A stretch of DNA of 64,000 nucleotides, from the NCBI RefSeq assembly GCF_001447785.1, contig NW_015168052.1, forward strand, positions 249,736-313,735, written 5' to 3'. A program made the translations under genes and the position numbers. Numbering within the stretch: the stretch's first letter is position 1; each line of letters starts with the position of its first letter. The stretch comes from Gekko japonicus (lineage: Eukaryota). Below are positions 1-12,529 of the stretch, one piece after another. The notes beneath the pieces are model-generated. The model ran no database searches. It was given only the letters and a program-made list of their open reading frames with translations, and was not told where the DNA came from.

Positions 1-152
1 CTGACACAAACCACCCCCTTTTAAGGACAGCTGTGCCAGAGCGTGTGACTGGCCCAAGGTCACACCAGCAGGTGCAAGTGGAGGAGTGGGGAATCAAACC
101 CGGTTGTCCCTGATTAGAATCCACACACCTAACCACTACACCAAACTGGCTC
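1..152 (-). mobile_element. Squam3-like tRNA-derived SINE (partial, runs off window start)
   Basis: Reverse complement of the GAGCCAGTTTGGTGTAGTGGTTA...GGTTTGATTCCC head with Pol III A/B boxes; matches copies at 2637, 4744, 13578, 55930. Confidence 0.85.
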
Positions 153-157
153 TACAT

Positions 158-337
158 CAGCGTTCTTTCTAAGCCCATTTAGTGTGAATTAGCTCAGTTT
201 TTTAGCCTCCTCGGGAAGGATGGCTCCAGAGCAAATTAACTGATGCAGTGGCCAAATGACCTGCTCGCAACCTTAATGTCAGCAGCTCACAAAGCAGAGT
301 TTTGCTCACAAGACTCCCCAGCTTAGAGGGAACATTG
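158..337. mobile_element. hAT-type MITE
   Basis: Imperfect TIRs CAGCGTTCTTTCTAAGC / GCTTAGAGGGAACATTG; perfect 8-bp TSD CTCTACAT (150-157, 338-345). Confidence 0.85.
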
Positions 338-984
338 CTCTACATGCGCCCAGAATTGGACCCACACTGAGCCCTGGTGGACTCCTGAAGGATCATGCCC
401 CGGGTTCCCCCTTTTCACATGGACTCCACCTAAACTGCAAACCCACACCGGCCCACCCGTGCCATTCTCCTGTCCTGGGCACATGCCCCAAGCCCCGGGT
501 GGCCACCCAGCACCAAGTGTGTGGAGCGAGCAATCACTATCCCATCAGCCCCGCATTTTCTCCGGCAAAAAACCTTCAACAGCCGCCGTGCGCAGCAGCT
601 CGCAGCCCATTCTCCCCTAGGGGCCCCGTAGCCAGCCAACACCAGCGATCTTCGCGCCTGATCCCAAGCGACTCCGCTGCTATCCCTTGCTGCCAGACAT
701 ATAGCCTCTCCGCTGAGCTCCGCTGTGCGCCCCCTGGCCTCAGAAGGCTCGAAAAAGGGGAGTCACGACCGGAGCTCTGCCTTTGCCGACGAACGCGCGG
801 GACTGCTGAGAAGGAGAGGCGGGGCTGGGCTTTAAGCCTACACTGCCCCACCCCCTCTCAAGTCCCGTGTGCGGCGCTTTTGGAGCCAACGCCGTCTGTC
901 TCTTCCGGCTTGGAGGCAAAGGCGCCTCCCCAGCCCAACGGCCGGAACGGCCGTGGGCTGTTTGAAGCGTGTTTCCACACAGTT

Positions 985-1115
985 TCAATGTATGATTGTC
1001 CAATTCAATGATTTCCAGTATCTTAGTTAAATAGTCTTTGTAGACTTCCTTCTTCCAGAATTTAGCAAAAGTCATCCTAGCTGCTGTTACCAAATGCGTC
1101 AGTAAATAAATGTCT
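985..1115 (-). mobile_element. L1-like LINE ORF2 C-terminal fragment
   Basis: Translation ...LVTAARMTFAKFWKK... resembles the L1 ORF2 C-terminal motif (AAR..IA..WK). Confidence 0.55.
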
Positions 1116-2602
1116 TTTTCCCCTTCTTGAAGATCGGGACAACATTCGCTCTTCTCCAGTCTACCGGCACAACACCAGTACTCCAGGACATCTCAAAGAT
1201 CAGAGCCAGAGGCTCTGAAATAACATCTGCAATTTCTTTTAGCACCCTGGGATGCAAGCCATCCTGCCCTGGAGATTTGAAAGTATTTAAGGCAGCTAGG
1301 TGCTATCTAACCATCTCCTTACTTACTCTTGACTGGCAGTTCCTCCTTCCTTCATATGTCCTGCATTCTTCAGTTTGTATTCAGCTCGTCTTATGGTTAA
1401 AGACCAATGCAAAGTGAGAGTTAAGTAATTCCACTTTGTCTTCATCCCTTGTTAAGGCTTGACCATATTCCTCTAGCAATGAGCTTACCCCATCCCTGTT
1501 CTTTTTGCTCCAAACATAGGCATAGAAACCTTTCTTATTATTTTAGCATTCCTTGCAAGCCTCAGCTCCATCTGTGCTTTAGCCTTTCTGACACGATCCC
1601 TACAGATTCAAGCCTGCTTCTTCTTCTCAATACCTCAGTAATTTGTCTCTCCTTCCATTTCCTGTACATTTCCCTTTTTAGTCTCAGCTCTTTAGAGTTC
1701 CTTGTTCAGCCACCTTGGCTTCATTACCCATCTCCCACCTTTCTTTCTCACCAGGACAGTTTGCGATTGTGCCTTAAGCACTTCATTTTTCAGCATCTCC
1801 CATCCTTCCTGTGAAAATTTCCCACTCAGCATTTCCAGCCACGGGATCCTACCTAATATTTCTCTGAGTTTTTTGAAATCAGCTTTCCTGAAGTACAGGA
1901 TATGAGTCCTACTATGTCCTGGTTTCACATCCTTCTCTATGTCAAATTCCAAGCTGACATGGTCACTATTCCTCAAGGATCCCACAACATTAACTTCATC
2001 AACCAATTCTTCCCTGTTAGTCAGGATTAAATCTAGGATAGCAGATCCTCTGGTTCCCACCTCTACCTTCTGAGAGATGAAGTTGTCCACAAAACTATTC
2101 AAGAATCTGTAGGATGCCCCATGTTTAGCAGATTTCCAGCAAATATCTGGATAGTTGAAATCTCCCATAATCACTACATCCTTTCTCTGTGAAAATTTAG
2201 CAAGCTGTTGTACAAATGCATCATCCAGTTCCTCCGGTTGGTTCGGAGGTCTGTAGTATACCCCCACAACAATATCCCCTTCTTTTCCCCCTCACTCTAT
2301 CCTTACCCATACACTTTCAACAGGGCAACTCTTGAAATCCTGAATTTCAGTGCAGGTGTATTCATTCTTGACATATAGTGCCACCCCGCCTCCTTTTTTG
2401 TTTATTCTGTTCCGTTTGAACAAGATATATCCTTCAATCGCTGTGCTCCATATATGAGACTCTTCCCACCCAATCTCAGTGATACCTATCAGATCATACT
2501 TACTTTCCAATATTTGAAGTTCAAGTTCATCCTGTTTGTTTCCTATACTCTGTGCATTAGTATAAAGACATCTCAGATTACAGACATCCTTTCCTACCAT
2601 AG
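1116..2602 (-). mobile_element. CR1 LINE ORF2 fragment (APE endonuclease to pre-RT region), degraded
   Basis: LRCLYTNAQS, GGGVALYVK, GVYYRPP, MGDFNYPDICW, ILDLILTN motifs; frameshifts; close match to 59824-61817. Confidence 0.95.
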
Positions 2603-2636
2603 GTCCCTTCGAATTTACCTGAAAATTACTGAACTA

Positions 2637-2915
2637 AGCCAGTTTGGTGTAGTGGTTAAGTGTGCGGACTCTAATCTGGGAGAACCGGGTTTGATTCCCC
2701 ACTCCTCCACTTGCACCTGCTGATGTGACCTTGGGTGAGTCACAATCTCTGACACAGCTGTTCCTGAAAGAGCAGTTTGTGTCAGAGTTCTCTCAGCCCC
2801 ACCCACCTCACAGGGTGTCTGTTGTGGGGAGGGGAAGGGAAGAGTTTGTAAGCCGCTCTGAGACTCCAAGTGAAGGGCAGGGTATAAATCCAATCTCTTC
2901 TCATCTCTTCTTCTC
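2637..2915 (+). mobile_element. Squam3-like SINE
   Basis: tRNA-like head, body, GGGTATAAATCCAATCTCTTC plus TTC-type tail. Confidence 0.9.
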
Positions 2916-3019
2916 CTGTTCATTTATTCTCTGGTCACTCCCTTTCTTGAACTGAGTGTTGGGGATGCCGCACAACATCAGGCTTTTTCTTCCCACCCCC
3001 AGTGTACATCCTTTCTCTG

Positions 3020-3097
3020 TGAAATCTTACTTTGGTGCTCAGTTTCCTTGTTTCTTCCCTGAAATCTTACTTTGGTGCTCAGTTTCCCTGTTTCTTG
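3020..3097. repeat. 40-bp tandem duplication
   Basis: TGAAATCTTACTTTGGTGCTCAGTTTCC(T/C)TGTTTCTT twice. Confidence 0.9.
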
Positions 3098-4124
3098 GGT
3101 GGACTACTTGCCTTCTATAATGAAACCCATACTTCAGAACATTTCTCCTTTTCCCTTCCTATCATCCAGTCCCCTGGTCATCCCCCCAAGAACATCACAC
3201 CATTTGCTCTTGATGCCAAGTGACTAAATTTAGAGGTGGGTCATGATTTTTGCCTTGGCCACAGAGAGAAAGAAATCTCAGATGTGATGACAGTTTGTCA
3301 TTGCACATGTCACTGTCGTGTTAGGCAGAAACAGAACAGAACATTTGCTCTTTGATTTGGTGGCAAAGTGTGTTTAACTGAGTGGGAACTATTACCCTAA
3401 TGAGACACCATCAGCCTGACAGTCTCCATCCATTAAAATCTATTTCTAGCTCTACTCCAGGGTAACTACTCAGACTATTTTTATTGCCTATTTGCAGCAG
3501 CTAAAAATATTTAAGGGAAAAGGTTGTGTGTGTGTGTGTGTGTGTGTTTTGTTAAAACCCTTTATTTAAAATTCACAATGTGCTTTCTAAACATGGAGAT
3601 TTTTACCCTCAAACAAACTTATCTATCAAGATCCCCACCCCACCCCTTTGTGTGGCTCCCGAGCACCAGATGCATTGACATGGAAGCAAAACTTGCTTGC
3701 CAGTTTAATTACAGATATTTTCACACTCTGTTGCAGGGTCCCTTGGAGGCTTAGCAAGGGCTCCTCAATGAGAAGATGAGTAATAGTGGCTAATGGCCCA
3801 AAGACAGCTTGCTTACCATGGCTGACTTCTTTCTGCAATGCACAGCCACAAGAGAGTATTGGGAGTGTTCTCATTTGCAACTCAGTTCATTCAGTGTGAC
3901 AGTGAGACCACACAAGCTTTGGTGAGTGTTTCTCAAGAACTGCATTTGCACACTGGACCATGCCTCCAGTGGAGTGCAGTGAGGACTGGGGTGAAGTCTT
4001 GGATCATCAAATTGTTGCCCTGCAAATCGCTTATAGCGCTCTTATGGACATTGTTCATAAGTGATAAAAACTGGACTCTGCAAATAGTGTGCAAAAGGGA
4101 CTGAACTGTGTGGTGACCCAAAAG

Positions 4125-5262
4125 TGATGCCAGTTACAGACACACACCCAGAAGAGGGAAGCCTTTCTATGAGATGATGTGCCTATGGTTCCTGAGGTTA
4201 CCTGCCCTCTTACCTGCTGTAAGATGGACCAGCTCCCTAGCCACATGAAGCACCAAAAGCCAGACAGATGCCATATCAAGGCAGTAGACATGAGATTCAA
4301 ACACCATGAGGAAGCTTCTTCCTTGCATGCACAGGCAGCATTCCCTTCCCCCACCCAGCCTCACCTAGCTGAAGCTACAGCCATAAGACAATCAAGGAAT
4401 GTCCATGGCAATGACTCTGGCCGCATGAGTCATCATCCCTCCAGGTGCCACTGCCCTGCCCAGAGTTACTAGATCTCAACATTGTCCACTCCCTTAGACC
4501 CTTCCCTCTGAACCCAGGTCCAATCTGCATGCTTTAACGGACCAGCAGGAGGTGTGCCAGGGGATGTAGCCAGCCTAGCCCCTCCCCCATGCCACCTCAT
4601 AAAAGGGGGCTCCCAGCCATGTGCTCTCTGTCTCCTATACCCACCCTAACTCCACGACTCTTGGTTGCGCAGCCAGAGTCTCCCCTTGTCTCTGCTGGTT
4701 CAGGACACGACCCTATTATCCCAGAGTCTCCCTTATTTTTCTTAAGAAGAAGAAGAAGAGATTGGATTTATACCCCGCCCTTCACTTGGAGTCTCAGAGC
4801 GGCTTACAAACTCCTTTCCCTTCCCCTCCCCACAACAGACACCCTGTGAGGTGGGTGGGGCTGAGAGAACTCTGACACAAACTGCTCTTTTTCAAGGACA
4901 GCTGTGCCAGAGCCTGTGACTGACCCAAGGTCACATCAGCAGGTGCAAGTGGAGGAGTGGGGAATCAAACCCGGTTCTCCCAGATTAGAGTCCACGCACT
5001 TAATCACTACACCAAACTGGCTCCACTTACGGATCACTTCATCCCGCTGAGGACAGGTAAAGTATTACCCCTCAACAATCATCCTGCTAATGAGAATGTG
5101 CTATCCTCTTCTCTCTAATTTTCCTAGATCTGTGTATCTGTGAGTGTGTTTGAATTATTGTATGCTTGTGAGATATCTTCAGTAAAAAAAACCATTTTAT
5201 ACTGAAGCCAGCCTTTGAGTCTATTTCTGGTGCGTCTGGAAGAAGCGGGACCCGTGTATACA
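4125..5262 (+). mobile_element. Possible solo LTR interrupted by a SINE
   Basis: TATA-like CATAAAAGGGGG near 4600, donor-like CAGGTAAAG, AGTAAA and a CA end near 5262; 5' boundary and TSD not resolved. Confidence 0.3.
4744..5022 (-). mobile_element. Squam3-like SINE
   Basis: Full-length reverse copy with (AAG)n tail at 4744. Confidence 0.9.
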
Positions 5263-5518
5263 TAGGTGCTTGCTCCCTTATTTGCCCATTGCCTTGTGTA
5301 ATATCATAATTCCCCTAAGATCATCAATAATTTGAGGCAATCCGGCTAACAATCTCTCATTTGCTGCCACAGAGAAGAACAGAGCTGGAAGCAGATGCCA
5401 CCTCAGACAAGGCAAGAGAAGGCCCACCTCCATCACACACAAACATCCAGCAATGCCAGGCATGATTCTGCCACTACGTTTCCAGAGAGTTGGAATTATG
5501 GTTGAATATTTGCTTTGT

Positions 5519-5665
5519 TTGAGATGGTTGGACAGTGTCAGCGACGCAACGAACATGAAAATGAGCCAACTTCAGAGGACAGCCGGAAGACAGGAGGGCC
5601 TGGTGGGAGCTGGTCCATGGGGTCGCGAAGAGTCGGACTCTACTGTGTGACTGAACAACAACAAC
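5519..5665 (+). mobile_element. RTE-BovB LINE 3' end inserted into an older SINE
   Basis: RWLDSV motif, GGGGTCGCGAAGAGTCGGAC and (CAA)n tail; 11-bp TSD ATTTGCTTTGT. Confidence 0.85.
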
Positions 5666-5795
5666 ATTTGCTTTGTATGTAGAAGGATCCAGATTCCATC
5701 CCTCGCATGTCTACCTCTAGGATCAGGTAACAAGTGATGAGAAAAACCTCTGCCTGAGATCCTGGAGAGCTGCTGTTACTCTGAGTAGACAATAC

Positions 5796-6186
5796 TGTTA
5801 TGTATTGGGACTGAATAATTCCAGGTATGACACACCAGAGCCTGGCTGAGCTTGGAGCATAAGAACATAAGCCAATGTTGGATCAGGCCAATGGCCCATC
5901 CAAAACTCTATCACACAGTGGCCAAAAATACCAGGTGCCATCAGGAGCTCCAGTGGTGGGGCCACAAGAACAATAGCCTACCAAGACTCTAGAAGTAACC
6001 AATCAAATCGTATTGTTATGTAAATAGCCTATCATTGGAAGTGGGGTGTGTTTGGGTGTGGCAATTGAATGCTATTTAACAGAGCTGAGGCTCTAGAGTT
6101 TTGTCTTGCTCTTGCTGAAATTACAATTAAAGTTGAGCTGATCACTAGACTTGAGCCTGCTCATCCATAGAACCCACTATTTAACA
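5796..6186 (+). mobile_element. 5' LTR of Gypsy element A (contains small CR1 3'-end insert ~5858-5960)
   Basis: TGTTA...TAACA termini, TATTTAA, ATTAAA, followed by PBS-like GTGGCAATGAAG. Confidence 0.8.
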
Positions 6187-9100
6187 GTGGCAATGAAGAT
6201 GGGATCCTGTTGAGTGAGCCTAGAGCCCATCTGCACCGCACCATGCACCGAGCTCCAGTACCACATGCACTGGATCACAACCGGGACCACAGCTGCCACT
6301 CCAGGACATCTGCCGGAATTTGACCCCGCTCACCCAGAGCTTTGGGAAACCTGGGTAGAGCAGCTCAAGTACTTCATACTATTCCAGGACATCGAGGGCA
6401 AAGAGGAGAAGAAGACTCTCCTGCTCAGTTCCTGTGGAATTGCAACCCTGAGGCTAGTCCAGGGCCTCATCGTACCCACCATGTTCAAAGTGGCCACTTA
6501 CAACACCCTTATCACAACGCTCACTGGCCATTTCACGCCTCAGCCCATGAAGATGGCATGCTGTGTGGACTTCTACATGCACCAGCAAAAGTCCAACGAG
6601 ACGGCCGCTGACTTCATGGCGGACCTTCACCGACTGGCCTTCACATACAAGTTCCCAAGTCTCGACGACGGCCTCCTCAACCAGTTTGTGATGGGCATCA
6701 GAGAGGAGAAATTACACTGGAAGCTCATCAGCCATGAGGAACTCACACTAGTAAAGGCACTACGTGAGGCTGCCACTTTCGAGAAATCCCGGTGAGACCA
6801 CCAGACCTCTGCCGCACACCAGGCCTCTGTCCCCTCAGCTTCTGAGGCATCAGATGAACCTCATGACCTTTGATCGTCCAGCGGAGACCATTGCACAGAC
6901 ACCATGCACCAGCTGTGGAGAGGCACATGAATGTCGCTCCTGTCATTTCCGAGATGCCACTTGCAGGGCCTGCAGCAAGACAGGCCACATCACCCACACC
7001 TGCCACTCCAAGGGAGCCCAGAGATGCACTACCACACATCAGGAGTCAGCAGATCTGCTCACCACCACCATCCACCACCATCAGGTATTGAATCTGCCAC
7101 GGGACACCCCTGATAAAATTAAAGTGACAGTGCTTATTGAGGGGATACCTTGCAAGATGGAATGGGACACGGGGCCCTCCATCTCCATCTTCTCGGAAGA
7201 GACTCTCCAGAGGCTCTGTCCCCAAGGGGGTCCCCATCTTAGACCCGCTAGTTTCACTCTCCGGGACATTCAAAAGAATGAGGTGACCATTAAGGGGTGG
7301 GGATAATTCCACATGAAATACAGGCAGTTTAAGGGAACTTTGGACTTGGTGGTGGTTGAAAGGCGGCTCACCAGCTTGCTTGGACTGTCCTGGTTTGCGC
7401 CCTTGGGGTTTAAAGTAATGGGGGTGCGCCACATGCAGCCCTCATATTTTAGTAATTTGTGTGATGAATTCCCTGCTATCTTTGACAGGACCCTTGACCG
7501 ATACACAGCCCCCCCCATATCACTCCAACACAGCCCTGAGGTGCACCCCTTCAACCTCAAGGCCTGGAGAGTTCCGCTCATGCTGAAGCCCAAAATTGAG
7601 GTGGAGCTGGACACAAGGAGTTTTAGAGGCGGTTCCCCATGCCACCTGGGAAACCCCCATCGTAACCCCAACGAGGTCAAATGGGAATGTCCACATCTGC
7701 ACGTACTACAAATGTACGATCAACAAGGTGCTGAGGGACCACGCTTACCCAGTGCTTGTGGTCACCCATGTCCTAGTGGCATTGGCAGGGGCCAAGGTCT
7801 TCAGTAAACTGGACTTGGCCCAAACATACCAACAATTCCCAATGGACAAGCCAACCACCGAGGCGCAGACCATCTTCACACTCTGGGGTGCTTTTAGAGT
7901 CAAGCGATTGCAGTTTGGAGTGAGCGTGGCCCCAGGGACCTTCGAGAACTTAATGGACTCTCTTTTGAAAGGCATCCCTAGGCTCCAGCCATTCTTTGAT
8001 GATGTACTGATCATCCCCCATTGAAGAGAATTTTGCCAACCGCGTATGTGCCGTGCTGCAGCGATTCGATTCCTCCGGGCTGAAGGTAAAGTGAGAGAAA
8101 TGCCTCCTGGGGTCCCCTGTGTAGAGTTCCTGGGGTTCTCTGTGGATGCTGACAGCATCCATCCAGCCCCCAACAAGGTTCACACCATCATGAACACACC
8201 CGCTCACACATCCAAAGCCAAGCTGCAGGCTTTCTTGGGGCTTCTGAACTTTTACCACTCCTTTCTGCCCCATAAAGCTGCACTCGCGGAGCCACTCCAC
8301 CACCTGTTAGACAAGAAGGTCCTGTGGGTGTGGGGGCCAGCAACAGGCTTCCACTTTTCGGGCTGTGAAGGAGCTGCTCGCCTCGAACTATGTCCTCGCC
8401 CACTTCCACGATTACCTGTATGGCCGCCCCTTCACCATCACAACTGATCACAAGCCCCTGCTCGGTCTCCTTGCCCCTGACCGCCAAACACGACAGCTGC
8501 TGTCACCCAGGGTCCTGCTCTGGTCCATATTTCTGAGGGTTTACCAATACGCCCTGCAATACCGGCCAGGGAAGTCCATGGGACACGCAGATGCTCTAAG
8601 TTGCCTCCCACTCAGCTCCATCAACCCAGATCTGGCCCCTGCCCTCTGCACGGCATGGACATTTCCCACCACACCACCAGGGACTGTGTCCTCTCCCGCA
8701 TTTTGGACTGGGTGGGGAAGGGATAGCCCACGGATCAGGTGGGCCCAGAATTCACAGTTTTTGCGTCCCACCAGGATGATCTCTCAGTGCACAAGGGGTG
8801 CCTCCTATGGGGTAGCCAGGTAGTGATTCCCCCACTGCTGCATAAATGGGTTTTGGTAGCCTCGCACGAGACCCACCCGGAAATCGTGAGGATGAAAGCG
8901 CTGGCCAGGAGCTATGTGTGGTGGCCAGGAATGGACAGCGAAATCGAGGCCTGGGTACAGCATTACCAGGCCTGCCAGGAGACGTGCCCCAAACCTCTGA
9001 GGGCTCCCATTCACCAGTGGGAGTCTACCCACATACCATGGGCACGGGTGCATTTGGACTTTGCTGGCCCGTTCCAGGGGCAGTTGTTTTTTCTCCTGGT

Positions 9101-9604
9101 AGACTCCTACACCAAGTGGCTGGAAGTTGTGCCAGTCACCTCTACCTCCCCTGCAGCCATTCAGGCCCTGAGACAGATTTTTAGTACACATGGTCTACCA
9201 GACATGGTCATGACCGATAACGGCACCGCCTTCACCTTGGGAGAGTTCAAGGAGTTCTTGGACCAGAACCTCATCAGGCACATGTGGTCTGCTCCTTTCC
9301 ACCTGGCTACCAACGGACAAGCCAAGTGGGTGGTGCGGACAACTAAGGATGCACTAAAGCGGCTCACCTAAGGGGGCTGGGACTGATGGCTTTCTGTGTT
9401 CTTGTTCAGCCATTGGCTGCAGCCCCATGGAACTCTTAATGGGCCACCACCTCACAACGCAGATGGACCACCTGGACCCGGACCAAGCCCCGGAGTTGCG
9501 CCAAACTCTGGTAAGCTAGGAGACCCCCAGAGGGTTCTTTCCAGGTGACCCTGTCTTTGTGTGGAACTATTCCAGTGGCCCCGCGTGGATCCCGGCAAGG
9601 GTTA
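6187..9604 (+). mobile_element. Gypsy LTR retrotransposon A, decayed gag-pol (gag, Zn knuckle, protease, RT, RNase H, integrase)
   Basis: CRACSKTGHITHTC knuckle; MEWDTG protease; KLDLAQTY and FFDDVLI RT; TDHKPL RNase H; RVHLDFAGPF and TDNGTAFT integrase; many frameshifts. Confidence 0.95.
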
Positions 9605-10423
9605 CCCTGCTGGGGCAGTTCGAGTACAGGGTTATGCCATTCAGACTCCAAGGGGCCCCAGGGGTCTTCATTAATCTGATCAACAAAGTTTTGCACAAGC
9701 ACTTGTTGGGGGGGGGAGTACTGCTACAACAATGCCGTGCACTCTTCCATGGAAGTCTCCCCATTTATGGTGGTTTATGGCTATGAGGGTGGGCCCTGGG
9801 CGGGCCCTCCACCCTCCCCTTTTTAACGAATCATGACTTGTAGGGAGTGAGGTGGCTGACTTGTGTACGAATCTCTGTAAGGTTGGCCCCTGGTAGAGAA
9901 GTCTCTGGAAGCAGCCAAGGCGGCTTATAAGATACAAGCCGACAAGAAACGGACTATGCGGTGGGATGTTCAACCAGGGGACTCTGTGTATGTTTCCACC
10001 AAGAACATTAAAGGGCTGCAACTGAGCCACAAGTTGAGGTGGAAGTATGTGGGCCCGTTTAAGATTACTCAGAAAATCAATGAGGTGACTGTTGAACTGG
10101 CCCTCCCCAAAACCCATATATATTTGCATCCTGTTTTTCACTTCAGTCTTTTGAAAAGGGATCCGGGGCCCAACATCTGGCGACCGCAACACTCCTTGCT
10201 CCTCCACCCTGATGGTGAATGGTGATCAGCATTATGAAATCTCTCGTGTTTTGGATTCGAAAATGAGGCGGGGTTGCCTCTTTTATCTGGTGGAGTGGAC
10301 TGATTTTGGCCCAGAACATCGTGAATGGGTGGAGGCCTTGGATGTCAATGCCCCTCGGCTCCTTCAGGACTTTCACTCCACTTTTCCAGGGAAGGCGGGG
10401 GGAGGGGTCTTGGGGGGGCAGGA
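9605..10423 (+). mobile_element. Chromovirus (sushi-like Gypsy) B: RT fragment, integrase C-terminus and chromodomain
   Basis: GQFEYRVMPF RT piece; KYVGPFKI GPF motif; YEISRVLDSK...YLVEW...EWV chromodomain; G-rich PPT before LTR. Confidence 0.9.
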
Positions 10424-10802
10424 TGTCAGCTAGTGCTGCCATGTAATAGAATCTGGAGGGGGTGCTGGGCCTCCTCGTCTTCTCACTCTTGCCGCTCGGC
10501 CCCCACATCTCTGCTGTCTATGTTATCTGCCTAGTGGTCTTGAAGAACTGCCTCTGCCTAGAATGCTTTTCCTGCTGGGAACATAACTCTACACTGGGAA
10601 TATAGCTGTTACTTTTAGCCCGCACTTGCAGGTGCTTGCTTATTGGGTTTAACACATCAGGGGGTCTGGTTTGAAGGGGTACAATTGTAACCACCATTTT
10701 GGTAACCATCATTCCTGACAGGAGAGTTCATGGTATCTCCAGGACTAACTTCAATAAACAGAAACTTATAGTTGGTTGAATGTTTGATTGGAAAGCCTGA
10801 CA
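10424..10802 (+). mobile_element. 3' LTR of chromovirus B
   Basis: TGTCA...TGACA termini directly after the polypurine tract; AATAAA at ~10753. Confidence 0.85.
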
Positions 10803-11934
10803 ACTTCTAGCATTTAAGTGCAGTATCTATTAGGTCTCACTCCTGACAATCGACAGGGGCAGGGAACAAGCAGAGGTTCTGTGGCAAGGGGGGGGGGTGC
10901 ATAACTCATCCTGTATGTGCTGGTTCTCCCCTGAAAATACCTCCCTGGGCTACCCTCCCCACTCTGCACAACTAAGCTAATTTCTAGGTAAGAGGGAAAA
11001 CCTTTCAGATCTGGTCAGGTTGCAAGTTATTTATTTATTTCATTAGACTTTTATCCCATCTTCCCCTGCTCAGGGTGGGTTAAGTTAGACTTAATCAGCC
11101 GAGAAAAAGGGTTTAGTGTCCCCTTTTCCAACCTCAGATTCCCCTACACACACACAAATGCCCCCTTAACCCCTGCATTATTATCAAAGGATAACGAGGC
11201 TAAGAATTCTGCATTTTCCTTCTTCCACCTAGAACATTCCTAAGGGAGGAGCTCATTTTCAGATCCAGTTTGCATCAGGCTCTCTGTGCACAACAAGAAC
11301 CTGGATCTCAGCCACTTTTTACATTTTGCAGACCCTGAATTCCCTGTCCTCCTGGAACAATCAAGGCTCATCATTCACTCTCACGCACATCCCCTTTAGC
11401 ATGAAAAGCTGCTCTGCATGCTTTTCATATACTCTGAACTAATGATAATGACATTATAATAGATCTTGTAATATCATTTTTATACAGCTTAATGCAGCTT
11501 TTGTTATCGTTGCTAAGAGGCAAGAGCTGAGTAAAGAGAATACCTTTTAAGTTTTGCCGAAGAAAATCAGCAGCAATGCCACTTTCAATTTAACGAGATG
11601 GGCTAAATGGATTAATTTGGATCATGGGGGGGGGGTTGCAAAGAGTTCCACTTTGATGCCAAGTCACTGCTGAGAAAGCTGAAGAAACCAGAACATCCTC
11701 AAAGCTTGATCCAGACTAGACCAGGGTAGTTGATAATGGATCCAGTAGAAGGATTAAGAAGCCTGTCTAGGTGGGGTTGCAGGCTCCCAGACTGGGGATA
11801 CTACTGAATCTGTGACTACAGATGGGGGCTCAGCTCTGTGCTGTATATGTATCCCCTTTTACCAAATTCAGTCAGTCTGCCAGCAGTGACCCTTCCCTGA
11901 GATGTGAGATTCAGCCATGCTCTGATCACAGCCA

Positions 11935-12270
11935 GGTTATTCATTAAATCATTTAAAACATTTATATCCCACCTTCTCTCCTCAGACTTAAGGCAGCTCT
12001 CGATGCAACACCAGGTTCCAAGGAGACGACACATAAACAACAGCCCAATTAGCAAGGTTTTTTAAAAAATGCTCAGATTAAAACACAACAAAATTTTAAA
12101 ACGCAGAGAATTACGAAACACAGATAATTAAAATCACGTAGTTAAAACTAATGTTAAAAACACAGACAGAATTTTTAAAAGATTGTGGTTAAAATTGTCA
12201 GAATGGTTTTGTCCTCCACCAGATGCCTCCTGGAATAGAACTGTCTTCCATGTCTTCTATACGCATTCCA
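11935..12270 (-). mobile_element. L2 LINE 3' end remnant
   Basis: Reverse (TAAA)-type tail with ATTTATATCCCACC and an AT-rich 3' UTR. Confidence 0.5.
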
Positions 12271-12529
12271 CTAGGGCAGGACTGCACCCCATCCTGAGCC
12301 CACCAGCTCCTTGGCCCTCTCCTTCCCTGGAGCTCAGGTTCTCAGCAACCAGGTGGATGGGATGTGTGTGTGTGTCTGTGTGACAAACCTCGAACCTGCT
12401 TATAGACAACCCTAATCCCCTCCTCCTTCCTATAATTCCGGTAGTGTGCCACTAGCCAGACTGAACTTCCTATATCTCCTTCCCGGGGTGTTGCATGTGC
12501 CTGTATACAGTGTAACTATCTCCCTGTTC

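Noticed and set aside
499-1011. 170-aa ORF
   Set aside because: By-product of high GC content; no homology recognised
2637-2710. tRNA gene
   Set aside because: A/B boxes belong to a multi-copy SINE head continuing into SINE body and tail; no full cloverleaf
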